Shown here in pieces: positions 12,552 through 25,399 of a stretch of DNA of 64,000 bases. Location of the stretch: positions 38,938,001 through 39,002,000 of the forward strand of contig NC_086097.1 in assembly GCF_963921235.1 (NCBI RefSeq), given 5' to 3'. The notes beneath the pieces were generated by a model, which was given only the letters and a program-made list of their open reading frames with translations, was not told the DNA's origin and did no database searches. Position 1 is the stretch's first letter, and each line of letters begins with the position of its first letter. Both the position numbers and the translations under genes were made by a program. Origin of the DNA: Mobula hypostoma. Taxonomy: Eukaryota.

Positions 12552-12923
12552 TCATTGGGTTTCATCCCAGACCACAATAACAAGGGTCGTCCCATTCCGA
12601 CTTAGTTTTCTCTCGCAAGGGCTTAGTAGGAGGGGGAGGGGTAGTAACCGCAGAGTTATTGCAAAACTTCCTACAGTACCCCACCATCTCCAAGAGCCTT
12701 CTGAGGGCCCTCTTGTCTGTCGGGGTTGGGATGTCAGAGATAGCACTTTAGCTTGCATCGCTGCCAGCTGCCCCTGTGTCACCACAATTCCCAGATAAGT
12801 GACCTTCGTGTGGTCGAACTCATTTTTTTCAAGGTTCACTATCAAGCTGGCTTCGGACAGCCGTATTACATCGCTAATACACACCTCTGTGTTCGTCAGC
12901 CCTTTCATCACTGAATTACTCAT
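12552..12923 (-). pseudogene. Decayed reverse transcriptase remnant
   Basis: MKGLTNTEVCISDVI...RLSEASLIVNLEKNEFDHTKVTYLG. The YIDD catalytic motif reads CISD and intervening segments are missing. Confidence 0.75.
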
Positions 12924-13025
12924 TCTATAGGGCTGTTGCTCACTAGGCTACCCTAGCGTAACAAACACCACCCAACGTCCCAGTTCTTTGCATCGCCTCG
13001 GGACAATCAAACACACGTGTGCGAG

Positions 13026-15438
13026 TCATTTAATTACTTCTCCTAAAGAGTCACTTTGTTCGGGGATTAAGGGAGAGGCCTTATCAGCAGAACTGGCCAA
13101 AACAATAGCCTTCTCCCATCTGGTCGATACCATACTCATCTCTTCAAAATGTTTTTTTTTTCTTATCAGGGAGACCCTAGCTTCATTGATTTCCGCGCTA
13201 ACACCGACTAGGTTTGTTAGCGTATCAAAAGCCTGTGACCGTCTCAGTTTGCGTCTGCCATGATTGATAACATCCTTCCTCCTGGGCAGCTGGTAAACCT
13301 CTTTCATGATTCCACCAACTGTTTCCTCCAGCACTGCAAAATGTCCACCGGGGGGTACCTTGTGGGCCAGGTTAAAAATCTCATCCCCATAACTCTTTTG
13401 CACCACCCCCCATTCCTCATCTGTGGGTACGGTACTTGGTTTCCCTTTCTTCCTTAGCACTTCCTCCTCCACACAATAGCCTACTGGTTCCCTTGTTAAT
13501 TCTGCATCAGAGGGAGCTGTCTCCGCCAAAACCATCAGCCCCTCGTCTTGCTCCTGCGCCTGCACAAATTCTTTCCTGACTAATGCTAAGTCTGTCTCAG
13601 CTCCCTCACTACCTCTTGTTTCACTACACTCCTTCTTTTCACTTTCTACCCCCTTCTCGTACAAGGCTGGCAGAAATGTCTCAGCTAAATTTACTACCGC
13701 AGTCCCGTAATGAACCTGTGAGTCCATGGGCGGGGCCTCAATGCTGGCAGGCTGACCTGTCAATCTCGCTGCTGGGAACACGATTCCCCCGGCGAGGTCA
13801 TTACCGAGCAAGACTTCCATGTCTTTCATCGGTAATTCGGCCCTCACCCCGATCGTGACTAGTCCAGAGACCAGGTTGCTTTGTAAGTGTATCTGGTGCA
13901 AAGGGACTGCCTCTGTCCCTTCCCCAATACCTTTGACCTTGACCTCCCCAGTCTGGGTCTCTGAGCTAAATTCTAATACACTCTTCAGTATCAGTGACTG
14001 ACACGCTCCCGTGTCTCTCCAGATCCGCACTGGAACTGGTTTTAACCCCTCCTTCACTGACACCAATCCGGCCGAGATAAACCTCTCGCGCCCTTCCTGA
14101 ACTTTGGCAGACCTGTCCCCTCCTAGCGGTTCGTTTACCAGCTCGATACAGCCAGTCAAAATCGCCGTTTTTCCTTTTCCCGTCTCCTTCTTTGGGGCAA
14201 AGCACCTGGACGCAAAGTGTCCGACTTTCCCGCAATTATAACAGATGACCCCAGGAGGCTTCCTACCAGACTGCTCCCGGTCTACCTTATCCTTCTCACT
14301 AGTCCCCGGCTTACTTTCTGACTTTTCTGGCGGACTCTCCCCGCCGTCTTGACTACCCTTCTGGTAGCCTTTACTCGGGGCAAACTTCATTTTATGCGTC
14401 AACGCATACTCATCCGCTAACTTAGCAGTTGCGGCTAACATGGCTGCCTCTTTCTCATCTAGGTAGGGTCTCATACCCTCAGGGACACAACCTTTAAACT
14501 GCTCAATCAGGATCAGCTGTAGCAGTCTGTTATAATCCCCGTCTACCCCCTTCGAGGCGCACCAACGCTCACAATATGTCTGCATCTCACGGGTAAACTT
14601 TAAATACGTGCGGTCCCACTAATTCCTCGCATTCCGGAACCTCTGCCGGTATGCCTCCGGGACCAACTCATAAATCCTGAGGATGGCCTCTTTCACCACC
14701 TCATATCTCTGGGCATCTTCCGCGGACAAAGCTGAGTAAGCTTGTTGGGCTTTCCCTTTCAGTACACTCTGAAGCAAAACAGCCCACTTATCCCTCGGCC
14801 AGTCCTGACTTGTAGCCACTTTTTCGAAATGGAGAAAGTACCGATCCACGTCGGTATCGTCAAATGGGGGAACCAGCCTAACCTCCTGGGTCGCCTGGAA
14901 CCCTCCACCTTGGTTCGGCACGGGCCCCTGCTCTGCCCTTATCTTTAACTTCTCCAGCTTGAATTCCCTTTCCCTCTGTTTCTCCTCTCGCTCCGTCTGT
15001 CTGTCTGTCTGTCTCTGTGTCTGTGTCTCTCTCTCTCTCTCTCTCTCTCTCCTGCCTTTCTAACTCTTTCTCTTTCTCCTGCCTTTCTAACTCTTTCTCT
15101 TTCTCCCGCCTTTCTAACTCTCTCTCCTGCCTTTCTAACTGCTTCTCTTCGTGTTCTAACTGCCGTACCCGGAACTCGTGCTCGAGTCTCAGTTTTTCAA
15201 GCTGCACCTGTACTGCGTCTCCAGCAGGTTTTTCAATAGACACCACCTCCAGCTCCCCTTGGGGAAACACACCTTTAGATACATAGTGCTCTACGATAGC
15301 TCTGTGTATCTCCTCTCTCCTCATTGTTGACTTCCCCTTAGCAAGATTCAGCCGTTTGGCCACAGCTACCAATTCCGCTTTCCTGGCATCCTCTAATGCC
15401 TCCAAGGTCGGCGCCTTTATAAATTCCTCAGCCTCCAT
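13026..15438 (-). pseudogene. Gag(SCAN, CCHC)-protease ORF of the Gmr1-like element, disrupted
   Basis: Three ORF pieces: 15438 (coiled coil), 14921-14619 (PPFDDTDVDRYFLHFEKVA...ELVPEAYRQRFR) and 14585-13026 (LILIEQF, AKLADEY, CYNCGKVGHFASRC, IWRDTGACQSLI, LAHKVPPGGHF). They are separated by a microsatellite frameshift near 15000-15050 and an in-frame TAG at 14619-14621. Confidence 0.88.
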
Positions 15439-15537
15439 TTCTGCTGTTTGTCTTTTCTTTCTTTCGGGAATTTTAACCCAATCAATTTACTCCGTCCCAA
15501 ATTTAGCGTTCAAAATTGTGGACGAGAACCCCACTTA

Positions 15538-16439
15538 TGTTACGTACCCTGTAACTGGGTTGCCAAACCAGCAGAAATGGATCACTCAGTTGGAGTCTGG
15601 ATTATTAGAACTAAGAAAGTTTTATTAAAGAAACAAGCAACACAGTACTCTAATCAAAAGGATAGTAAATACAACAGTTCAGCAATGATAAACACACATG
15701 TACACAGAATTAAGATAACAGGATCAATCAAGCTCTATCGTTGTCGAGGGGTAAATGACCAGTTTCAAAGTGACGCAAAGTTCAGTTCAATTTAGTTCAG
15801 TTCAGTTCGCAGTAATCGCTGCCGTGGGAGATGGACAGTGGGGGGGAAGGAGAGAGAGAGCAAAACGAATGAATATTCAAACGGCTTCCACACAGACCTT
15901 CGACATTCCTCGCAGTCAGCTTTCGGGCGAGCCCTTTGTGATGTCATCTGAGGTCACCGACTGTGACCCCTCCGTTTCCAGATACGATCGTTTCTCTGCG
16001 GTGAACCTGGCACCCAGGCAAGGGCGGACACACACCAGGTTCCCGCCGATCGTGCCTTTCCACCCTGTGCATCTATGGCTTGGTCCCGCAACCAGCCTTC
16101 CAAAACTTCCCACTGACTTGTGGGAAACGCACCGCTTCCAGGGTCTCGTTACTTCGGGGTGTCGTGTGTGTGTTGCCTTAGCGAACCTGTCCCTTTTTAT
16201 CCCCCTGCTGGGATATCGCCTGTCCATCACTTCAAACAGTTCAGGGTTCAAAGGGGGAGCCAATCTTGACTGCTCTCCTTCCGTTACTCTCTCCCGTCCC
16301 TTCATTAACATCTCCAAATGCTACTCCATTGTTTTCCTTATCTCTCTTTCTCCTGAAGACAGGTGGCAGACCAACTGCTGATCCCACTGGTGCCAGCCCA
16401 GGCCAGCTAACATCTTAATTTATGTGTATTCTCGTCACA
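15538..16439 (-). repeat. 5' LTR of the Gmr1-like element
   Basis: Direct repeat of 11395-12296, adjacent to the PBS. Confidence 0.95.
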
Positions 16440-17324
16440 ATAGGAATTTGTGTTTGGTACAAAAAGGTTATGAGGATGATTAATGCAGAAATAATGCTGA
16501 AGAATAATGCAGAAAAATAAATCATAGACAGACTTTTGAGATACTTGTGTGGAATAGATAACTTTAACATCCTTATCTATAACATGGTCTTTCTTTTAAT
16601 GCAGGCATAAAATTCAGAAATTAAACTGAAATGTTGTTATTAATCTGAGTGATAAACAGATAACCAAACCTTTTATATACTCTGGTCAAAGTCCAGTTTC
16701 ATTTCTAAGATACAGTATTAAGCTGAAGGGTACATTAATATATTTCATATAAGAATTATGCAAGGATTTTTAATCCAAATTTAGCCCAAACTATTCGAGA
16801 TAACACCTGATCCTTATTGAATCAAAGCATGACTATAAATGCTAAATCACATTAGACAAGCAATTACAGCGAAAGTTATGAAAGGTTGGATTTGTATTAT
16901 CATTCCAGCACTTCACAGAGGGCTCAGCCCACTGGAGGACTTTGTGTCTCTTCAGCAGTTTTAAATTGAGTTGTTCAGTCCATATCAATCCATCCTATCT
17001 CCTCCATCTCCTGGCTTTCCTCCCTCTCCAGGCCTCTCATCCTTACTTGATTCTTCGTCATATCCTGTGGTAATTCACCTGTCCTTCTTTCTGCAATGCA
17101 CCATTCTGTCCAATCTTCCAGTCTCTCACCCCATTTCAAAGAGCTAAATAAATTTCTTTTGAGAATTAGTCGCTATCCAGGTTTTCAGTTGATGATTTTA
17201 TTTAATTTTGTTCACCATAAGCTAAAAACTTAAATAATTTAGTTTTTCTTTTACTCCAACTACCTTGTTGCAGATAATGTAAGCAAGCTATGGAATATAC
17301 CTCTTAATGACTGCTAATAGCATA

Positions 17325-18705
17325 TGTTATAGTTGCGTGCAAACGCGCTACTAAAGAAACACATGGAGGCAGAGAGAGCTGAACTCAGAATGCCTTTACT
17401 GATTCAAAATCACGCACTTAAGTCTCCCCTCCCATGGGCCCCTGCGACCCACGGGGCAGGGGTGACGTCAGACTGTCCCCAGAAGGTCCGCCTCGAGTGG
17501 GTAGTTCCAAACGCGCTACCACGTGTCTGCCTGCGGCTCCCGATGGCGGTTCGAGTCCCGCGTGTGCGGGCCGCCACACCACCCCCTCCCCAGAAACGTC
17601 CATTAGGGGAGTGGAGCCCCCAGTCTGTGTGGCTTGCCTGGGTGGCCGGCCTCGCTGGCGCGGTGTGGGTACCCTCACTGGTTGCTGAATGTCCAAGTGC
17701 ACCGGTTTGAGGCAGTCCACTGTAAAGGTCTCTTCCCGGCCACCCACCTCCACGACACACGTGGTTCCGTTGTGCCGGATCACCTCGAAGGGTCCCTCGT
17801 ACGGCCACTGTAGAGGTGACCTGTGCATGCCCCTGCGAATAAAAACATACTCACAGTCTCGGAGGTCTTCAGGGATGAAGGATGGCGTGGGACCATGTCT
17901 GGAAGTTGGGACCAGTGCCAGGGTCCCTACCTTGTCCTGCAGCCTCATTAGCGCCGCTGCTGGAGTTTCTTCCGGACCTCGAGCCTCTGGTACGAACTCG
18001 CCTGGGACCGTCGGGGGCGCTATAGACCAATTCTACCGAGGTGTCCAGGGCCCCCTTGGGGGCTGTGCGGGTGCCCAGTAGGACCCAGGGAAGCTCATCT
18101 GTCCAGTTGGGGCCCCTGAGGCGCGCCTTCAGGGCCGACTTGAGATGCCGGTGGATTCGCTCTACCAAACCGTTGGACTGGGGATGGTACACTGTGGTGT
18201 GATGCAGCTAAGTGCCCAGGAGCTGCGCCAGTGCTGTCCACAAACTAGACGTGAATTGCACCCCTCTGTCGGAGGTGATGTCCGTTGGGAGGCCAAACCC
18301 GGCGATCCAGTTTGCAATGAGCGTCCTGGCGCAGGTCTCAGTGGACGTGTCTGCGAGCGGTACGGCTTCCGGCCACCTGGTGAACCTGTCTACCATGGTA
18401 AAGATATACCTGGCGCCCCGGGAGACTGGCAGGGGGCCAACGATGTCCACATAGATGTGTTGGAACCTCCTGTGCGTCGGCTGGAACTGCTGGAGGGGAG
18501 CCTTCACATGCCACTGGACTTTGGTGGTCTGGCAGTGTACGCAGGTCCTGGCCCAGTGTCCGACCTGTTTGCGCAAACAGTGCCAGATGACTCTGCTACC
18601 AGCTTGATGGACGCCCGGATGGACGAGTGGGCCAGGTCGTGCAGCGTGTTGAACACCCGGTGCCTCCATGCTGCTGGTACCACGGGTCGGGGTTCTCCCC
18701 ACAAT
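17325..18705 (-). mobile_element. Ty3/Gypsy LTR retrotransposon 3' fragment (integrase, PPT and a 3' LTR of about 254 bp)
   Basis: HHCC (LHDLAH...CVHCQ) and DDE core (VDIVGPLP, MVDRFTRWPEA, TSDRGVQF, YHPQSNGLVER) in frameshifted pieces. Minus-strand PPT GGGGAGGGGGTGG at 17579-17591. LTR at about 17325-17578. No 5' LTR, gag or RT. Confidence 0.9.
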
Positions 18706-19760
18706 ATACATGTATGGATTTTGACGTGTGTGAATTGAATAATTGCTTATCAGTAAGGACAGTAAAGATGAAAACAATTAGACAAAGGCCAGTAACATTT
18801 TTTACCAATCTCTTGCACTCACAATTTAGCAGCTTGCAATTTGTTCAATGTCATTTAACAGGTAAAGAATTGTAAACCATGATAAAGTAACTGTACAATT
18901 GTCAGAATTGTCTTTTGGAATGTGAAAATAGGATAGTTGTATTGAATCCACCCACTGACATGAACTTTTGATAGAAAGTTGCATATTTGTGAAATAGTGA
19001 GTTAATAAGTTTGGTCTAAGGAGATCTGTACAAATAATACTGAAGTAATTAATAAAGTTTATTTAAATTCAGTGAGCACAATTTTGATTGATCAAATTAT
19101 ATAAAATTTATTTGGCCTGCAGATTTGTTCGAGCCAAAGGATACATTTTATTTTTATTACATCAATGTGAATTGAACAGTAAAACCAGAAGATTTCTAAT
19201 TCTAAAAATAATTTTGCCATCACTGATGGTACTGTTATTGTGCAGCAAGAATTAGACTAGTTAAAATAATTAATCATGAAATAAAAAAAATACTGGAAGT
19301 GCTGAGCATGTAAGGTAGCATCAGTGAACGCAGAGAGAAATGGATTCTGTTAAAGAACCTTCATCAGAGTTATTATTATAGTCTTGTATGGAGAATTCAT
19401 TTTCTAAAATAGCCTACAGTGATCCTATATTCTCCATTCTTCTGTTTCCTTCTACCAGACTATCTCCTGGATGTAACCTACATTTTTTTTGTTATTTGTA
19501 AAAATTCTGTCAGTGTCATTATCAGCAATATGTTGCAAGGTTATGATTGAGCTATCCCAGCAGTGTAAAATGAATCCCATTTTGCAAACTTCCCTACTTT
19601 GAAGTTTCTATTTTGAAGTGACAGATCTGCTTGGTAAACTTTTGATCATGTAAGGAGAGAAATATATTAAATCTTCAGAAGTAAGCTCAGGTTGTATATT
19701 GGACATCTGACACATTAACTGGCTATTTTCAATTATAGTGTAATTTTTTTCTTCAAACTA

Positions 19761-20801
19761 TAGTGGATTCAGGTTAATTGGGACACATCGAGACGAGTAC
19801 ATTTTGGCTCAATTAAGCGGCTGCCCAAATCAGCTGAACTTTCATGGAAATAGTTAAAAAGGTATTAAAAAAGACAAACTACCATTCAGCTGAGTAACAA
19901 ATTATATATTTAAATGAAATACAGAACAAATGAGAGCCTTATCAATACCACTACAGTATGATAAATTTGTGTATTGGTTCCTAGCACTTATTGATGGTAT
20001 GTTGCCCTGTTCTTTTGATTGAATGTAAATGAACAAAATCACCTAGTGCAGATAATGGAATACCTTCATACAATTCCTTCGATGATTGCATCATGCGAAT
20101 CTTCATTTCCATTGCAACATTCAAGATAATTGTTGATACCTTCAGATTCTTCGTAGTTCCTAACTTGTTGAAATAGTTTCTGGCATTTCCAAACCTGAAT
20201 GCTTGAAACTGCTGTGAGCAAAACAATTCTAAATTCTTACTCCTTGTGTCTTACTGCTTATTTCTCATCAGAAGTAAGCAGGAAGACAATTCAGAAATGT
20301 TTTACTCAGTGTGGTTTCAACCATTCAGGCTTAAAGACGCCAGAAACAGCTGGGAGTGAAAATGAAATGATTTCACTTCTTCAACAAGTTAGGAACTGCA
20401 AAGAATCTGAAGGTATCGACAATCATCATGAACGTTATGATGAAAATAAAGATTTAGATCCTGCAGTAGTTTATGTCATTGTGTGAAGGCAGTCCATTAT
20501 TTACACTAGGTGTCTGTGCTGATTTTATTCATTTAATAGTTGATCAAAAGAACACAGCAGTGTACAGGTGCCCTGGATGAAATTCTCTAGCTTTGATAAC
20601 AAATAGGAGCTAATAAACAGTTTTATAGTCCTGTGGTATTATTGACAGCTTTCTAATTTGTTCTGTATTTCATTTACGTACATAAGTTGTTACTCAGTTT
20701 GTCTTTTTTTAAATGTACCTTTTTAACTATTTCCATGAAAATTCAGCTAATTAGGCCAAAATGTACAGGTCCTGATTTGTCACATTAACTGAGACCCACT
20801 G
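19761..20801. mobile_element. Degraded fold-back Tigger-like DNA transposon
   Basis: Ends TA|TAGTGGATTCAGGTTAATT...ATTAACTGAGACCCACTG. About 19761-20175 is the imperfect reverse complement of about 20375-20801. A central remnant VSRKTIQKCFTQCGF resembles the Tigger DDE C-terminal motif. Confidence 0.7.
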
Positions 20802-21077
20802 CATAACTACAGAACTTGAACCCAATGAAGTCTATTCTCTGAAACATAGTCATCATTGTTAGTTAAAGCATTAGTATTTTCCGAAAATGCATTTTTCTGT
20901 TTTTAAACCTCAATTTTGATCATCGTTCATCTAAATGCTAATCTTTTAAAATATTAATATATACTAATTTTGATTGTCTTTAACGATTGTTTAGTTTATT
21001 TGAAAATTGACTTAATTGCTTATTTGGGATTATATTTTAAGGAAAACATCTGTGATTGTTCTTTTATTTTCTTGAAG

Positions 21078-21222
21078 GTTCAACTGTTCAGTGATATGCA
21101 GCAGTCTCCAAAACTAATGAACAGTCAGATGATGCATGCTGCTGATGAAATATTTTTTACCAGACAGTCTAATGTCAGAAATACAAATCTTGAGAATAAT
21201 TTGACCAACATATCAAATTCTG
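21078..21222 (+). CDS. TOGARAM1: TOGARAM1 exon 2
   Basis: ttttcttgaag|GTT...TCT G|gtaagc; 145 nt, phase 0 to 1; VQLFSDMQQSPKL. Confidence 0.8.
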
Positions 21223-21639
21223 GTAAGCTGCTATTGTGCATTTTGTTACTATTTTAGCAAGTTGCTTGAAACAACAAAGTCATTATTCATGGTTTGAAAC
21301 TGTGGGGGATGGGGATTGATCCGATGCAACCCGTTTACACACTCTCTTAATTGATTTCTTTACTTAGTAGGACAATGAAAGCTGCTGTTTTCTCCAGCAT
21401 TGGTGTTCCCAAATGATATATTGATTTCTCAAAACAAAGCTTTGATGATTATTTGGTTACATAGCTTCCTAACATCAACCTTTTGTTTGAGATGGAACAG
21501 TATGAACCCAATGAGGATTAACTTTGGCTTACTAATTTGGTCTGTTCCTTTATTTAGGGGTTTAATATGTGTAAAATCTAGATTAGAATTACTTATGATT
21601 TGGAGAATGAAGTAGTTGAGCAGATCTTGGAGAGTCAAG

Positions 21640-21995
21640 CCTAATGCCTAAAAATTGAGATCATCCCAGAGATGACAGCAGTCCTGTACAGGATGGTAAA
21701 TCCTGTATTGATGTAGGACTGGAAAGGGAGTTGAAGTGGCATGCAGATACTCATCGTGGCCATTGGGTACAGAGTGTAAGTACTTCACAGAGTGGTTGCC
21801 TGTTTGATGCTTGGTCCTGCCAACGCAGAGGAAGGCACAGTGAGAGCACTGAAAGCAGTAGATGGGGCTAGAGGAAGTGCATGTGAATCTCCTCCTGGAA
21901 GGGCTGTTGAGGTCCAGTGCTCCCTACAGAAAGGAGAAGGGATGGTGGAGGGGAAGGTGTGACTGGTAGCGGGATTCTGGCAGAAATGGTTGGAA
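21640..21995 (-). mobile_element. Degraded Penelope GIY-YIG fragment
   Basis: Minus strand reads RFTCTSSSPIYCFQCSHCAFLCVGRTK, homologous to the 26286-26520 region. Confidence 0.55.
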
Positions 21996-22309
21996 ATGTT
22001 TCAAATGGTGCAGTGGTGACTTTTTGTTTTAGCTTCCAAAAATCATCAATTATTCTTGTTTGGAACTACCACAAATGAAACCTGTTGCTACAGACTCTGT
22101 AATAAGTAACATCGTCTTTTTAGAACCTATAGACTCTGGACTGCAGACCACCCTGGGGGCAGTGCAGAAGTTGAAGGCTCAGGAAACATCTCCATCGTCT
22201 TTGATAACATGACTGCTGGGCAGGGCTGCAAGTAAAATTGAAATGCAGAGACCTAAGGCCCACCTCTCAACCAACCCCCTTTCTAATGTATAGTCTCAAG
22301 ATTGCAGTA

Positions 22310-22980
22310 CCTTAAGACAGCACACCCTGATTATTACAGAGGACTTCAACCAGGCCAGCTTGAAGAAATCTCTGATAAGCTACTACCAACATGTCATGTG
22401 TGAAACCAGAGGAACCAACACACTTGATCACTGTTAGACCACCATCAAGAATGCTTACAGTGCCATACCACACCAGCATTTTGGCAAGTCCAATCATCCG
22501 GCTGTACTTCTAACATAAAGGCAGAAATTTAGGACTCCAGCACCAGTGGTGAGGTCCACAAAAGTATAGAGCACTTGACTGCTTTGAAACGGTGGACTGG
22601 GCTATATTCGGGGATTCATCTTTGGATCTGAACGAATATGCTACAGTTACCAGCAACTTCATCAATAACTCTGTGGATAAATCAAAGGATTTGCAATCAG
22701 CTGAAGGCTAGATCAAGACCAGTGATCCAAAACCCTACAAGAAGTCTAGTTATGACCTATGGAGAGCGAAAACATAATTCCATGTAAAGTTAGAGACACA
22801 ATCAGAGGCATGACACCTGCGGCAGGGTGTGCATGCCATTACTTCCGATAAGGCAAAACATAATCACATAAATGGCTGTGATGTTTCACTCCTCAATAAA
22901 CTCAATGCCTTTTATGTGTGCTTTGACAGGAAGAATAAAACTACACCTCTGCTAGTCCCCACAGTATCTGGCAACCCTGT
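22310..22980 (+). mobile_element. Rex1/Babar-type LINE fragment (endonuclease to linker)
   Basis: Remnants DFNQASLKKSL, TRGTNTLDHC, HFGKSNH and LNKLNAFYVCFD. Confidence 0.6.
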
Positions 22981-23830
22981 GGAAGTGGAAGGCTGGATTG
23001 ACACAAAGGTTGGTGATGTGGATAGTGTACAAGGTTACAATGGAATATAGACGGAACACAGAGTGGACTGAGAAGTGGCAGATGAAGTTCAGTCCAGAAA
23101 CGTGTGAAATGTGCACTTTGGAAGGTCAAACTTGAAAGCAGAGTACAGTGTTATTGGCAAAATTCTTAGCAGTGTAGAGGAAAAGATGGATCTTGTGGTC
23201 CAAATCCATAGATCCCTCAAAGTTGCCGCACAAGTTGATAGGATAGTGTGATGTATTAGCCTTCATTAGTTGGGTGAAGGAGTTGAAGAGCTGCGAGGTT
23301 ATGTTACAGCTCCGTAAAACTCTGGTTAGGTCACACTTAGAGTATTGTATTCATTTCTGGAAGGATATGGAAGCTTCAGAGAAGTACAAAGGAGATTTAC
23401 TCAGATGCTCTCTGGATTAGGGAACATGTCTTAAATGGAAAGGTTGAGTGAGCTCGGGTTTCTTCCCTCTGGAATAAGGAGGATGAGAGGATTACTTCAA
23501 GGATATTCATAAAATTATGAGAGGCATAGATAGAGTGGACAGCCAGTGCTTTTTCCCCAGGGCGGCAGTGGCTAATATGAGAGGGCATCCTTGTAAGGTG
23601 AGTGGAGAACAGCTTAGGGGAGATGTCAGAGACAGTTTTTTTAAAAAAAAAAGTAATAAGTGCCTAGAATGCACTGCTTGGTATGGTGGTAGAGACAGAT
23701 ACATTAGGGACATTTAAGATTAGCATATGGATAAAAGAAAAATGGAGGCTTATGGGCTAAGTAGGTGGGAGAGGTTAGATTGATTGTGGAGTAGGTTTAT
23801 ATAGGCTGGCACAATATTGTGAGCCAAAGT
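22981..23830 (+). mobile_element. CR1 LINE 3' fragment, decayed
   Basis: KWQMKFSPE..CEM.HFG and MRGIDRVDSQCFFPR remnants followed by a CR1 3' UTR. Confidence 0.8.
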
Positions 23831-25399
23831 GCCTAAGCGGTCATTATCTGACTAATTTCAAGGTACAGTTATTTACTTCTGCCTCCAATTTCTCCAAAAA
23901 TGTGTCTGGGGAATGAGCTAGGTGAGCCATGTCAATGCCATGGAAATAGCAGTGATGTGGGGTAGGGGAAATTGCTATGTTCATGTTTTAATCTCAAACC
24001 ATCATTTGCTTAGCTCAAGTTGAGTGTTTAGGAATTTTTGTTAGTCATCTTGTTATACACCCATAACAACACAAGTAACTCAACACCATCTCATACAAAG
24101 CAATTTGCTTGATCCACTTTTAGACTATGTATTAGTGTATGCGGTGACTGCTGTATTTGTAGTCAACAGCATTGAAGCAACTCAGCAACATTACTTCAAC
24201 GGCACCTTTCTTCTCTCTATGGCCATGTATTGGTAGAAGGCAATAACATTAATATTATGGAAATACCTGCATCATGTTACACACCCTGACTTGGATATAT
24301 GTTGCTCTTCCTTCACAGAATATAAATTTCCTAGAACTATCCAAAAATATAGCATTTGTTTACTTACTGTATTTTACATTCTTGTAAAGCAGTTTGGCCA
24401 CTATTACTTAATGAAGCAGAGTAGACTGTGAACAAAATAAAATTTAACCTGGTTGCATAAAAGTTAATTGGAATGATTACTTTGACATAAGTATAGACAT
24501 CAGTGAAAATGTTTCCCCCCCCCCTTCCCCCTCTCCATTATTACCCAATTCTGTTTTGGTTTTTAATATCTAAAATTTATATGAAAATTAATTAATGCAA
24601 ACATATTAAAGTTAGATATCTTATAGTTACTTAAAAACTTGAGCAAAAATGTGTTTGTCACTTTGTAAGTGTTGTTTAGCCTGTAGAATACTTTTGTAGT
24701 TATTTAATTTTAAGCAGACTTAAAAATATTTAACCAGATTAGGTAACTTGAGGAGAAGATTAACTATAGCAGGAAAAAGTTGTAAAATAGTTGAATGAAT
24801 TCCAAATGTATTCTTCTCTACCTTAATTTACATAATGAAAGCAGTAAATTTGATGCCTTTGGAGAAGTCATGACAGACTGTTATGGAAACTTTTTGTTTT
24901 GTTCAGGGACTTTGTGATTGTTGCTAGAGAAACCCTTTTTACTATTGGTTCAGTTTATGGAAGAGAGCAATTGAAGTGGATTTTAAACATTTTAGATTCA
25001 CTCCATGTTACAGTACCACCATTATGGCACTTACTGGAGCTTTTCTTTAATGATACATTTCAACCCATTTTTGCTGGGATGCACTGTACTAAAGTTATGA
25101 ACTCATAACCTGCTCAGAAAGACAGATACTATCCCATGAACTATACATATATTTTACTTGCATTTTTTCTAGGTAGTTCATAGCAAAACGGTGCTAAATG
25201 TATATTGGGATGGATCTTGTATTAGTAATTACATAAAGCTATCAACAAATGACAGCAGCAAGGGAATTCCCTTGCATGTGTAAATCATGTCAGAAATTCT
25301 GAAGTTCCTTTTAAGTAATCCAGCCTTCCTCCACAGCTATGCAATTTTCTGTATGCTTTACTGTGGGCAAGGAACCTTTTGATTTCAAAATATTGATGC

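Larger units (their letters stand above)
11395..16439 (-). mobile_element. Gmr1-like (SCAN-domain Gag) Ty3/Gypsy LTR retrotransposon with two LTRs, non-autonomous
   Basis: Two 902-bp LTRs with TG...CA ends and TSD ATAG (11391-11394 and 16440-16443). tRNA-Pro-like PBS TGGGGTTCTCGTCC (minus, 15520-15533) and PPT AAAGGTGGGAAG (minus, 12297-12308). Gag with SCAN, a CCHC knuckle, protease DTGA, an integrase Zn-finger start, then an RT remnant. Confidence 0.93.

Noticed and set aside
15051..15145. Short direct repeats resembling a CRISPR array
   Set aside because: There are no unique spacers and no cas genes. They are coding tandem repeats in gag within a vertebrate genome.
11612..16381. Duplicated 208-aa + strand ORFs (11612-12238 and 15755-16381)
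   Set aside because: They lie entirely within the two LTRs and have no recognisable domain. The duplication is simply the LTR repeat.
17333..18875. Multiple overlapping + strand ORFs
   Set aside because: They are antisense shadows of the GC-rich Gypsy integrase and LTR.
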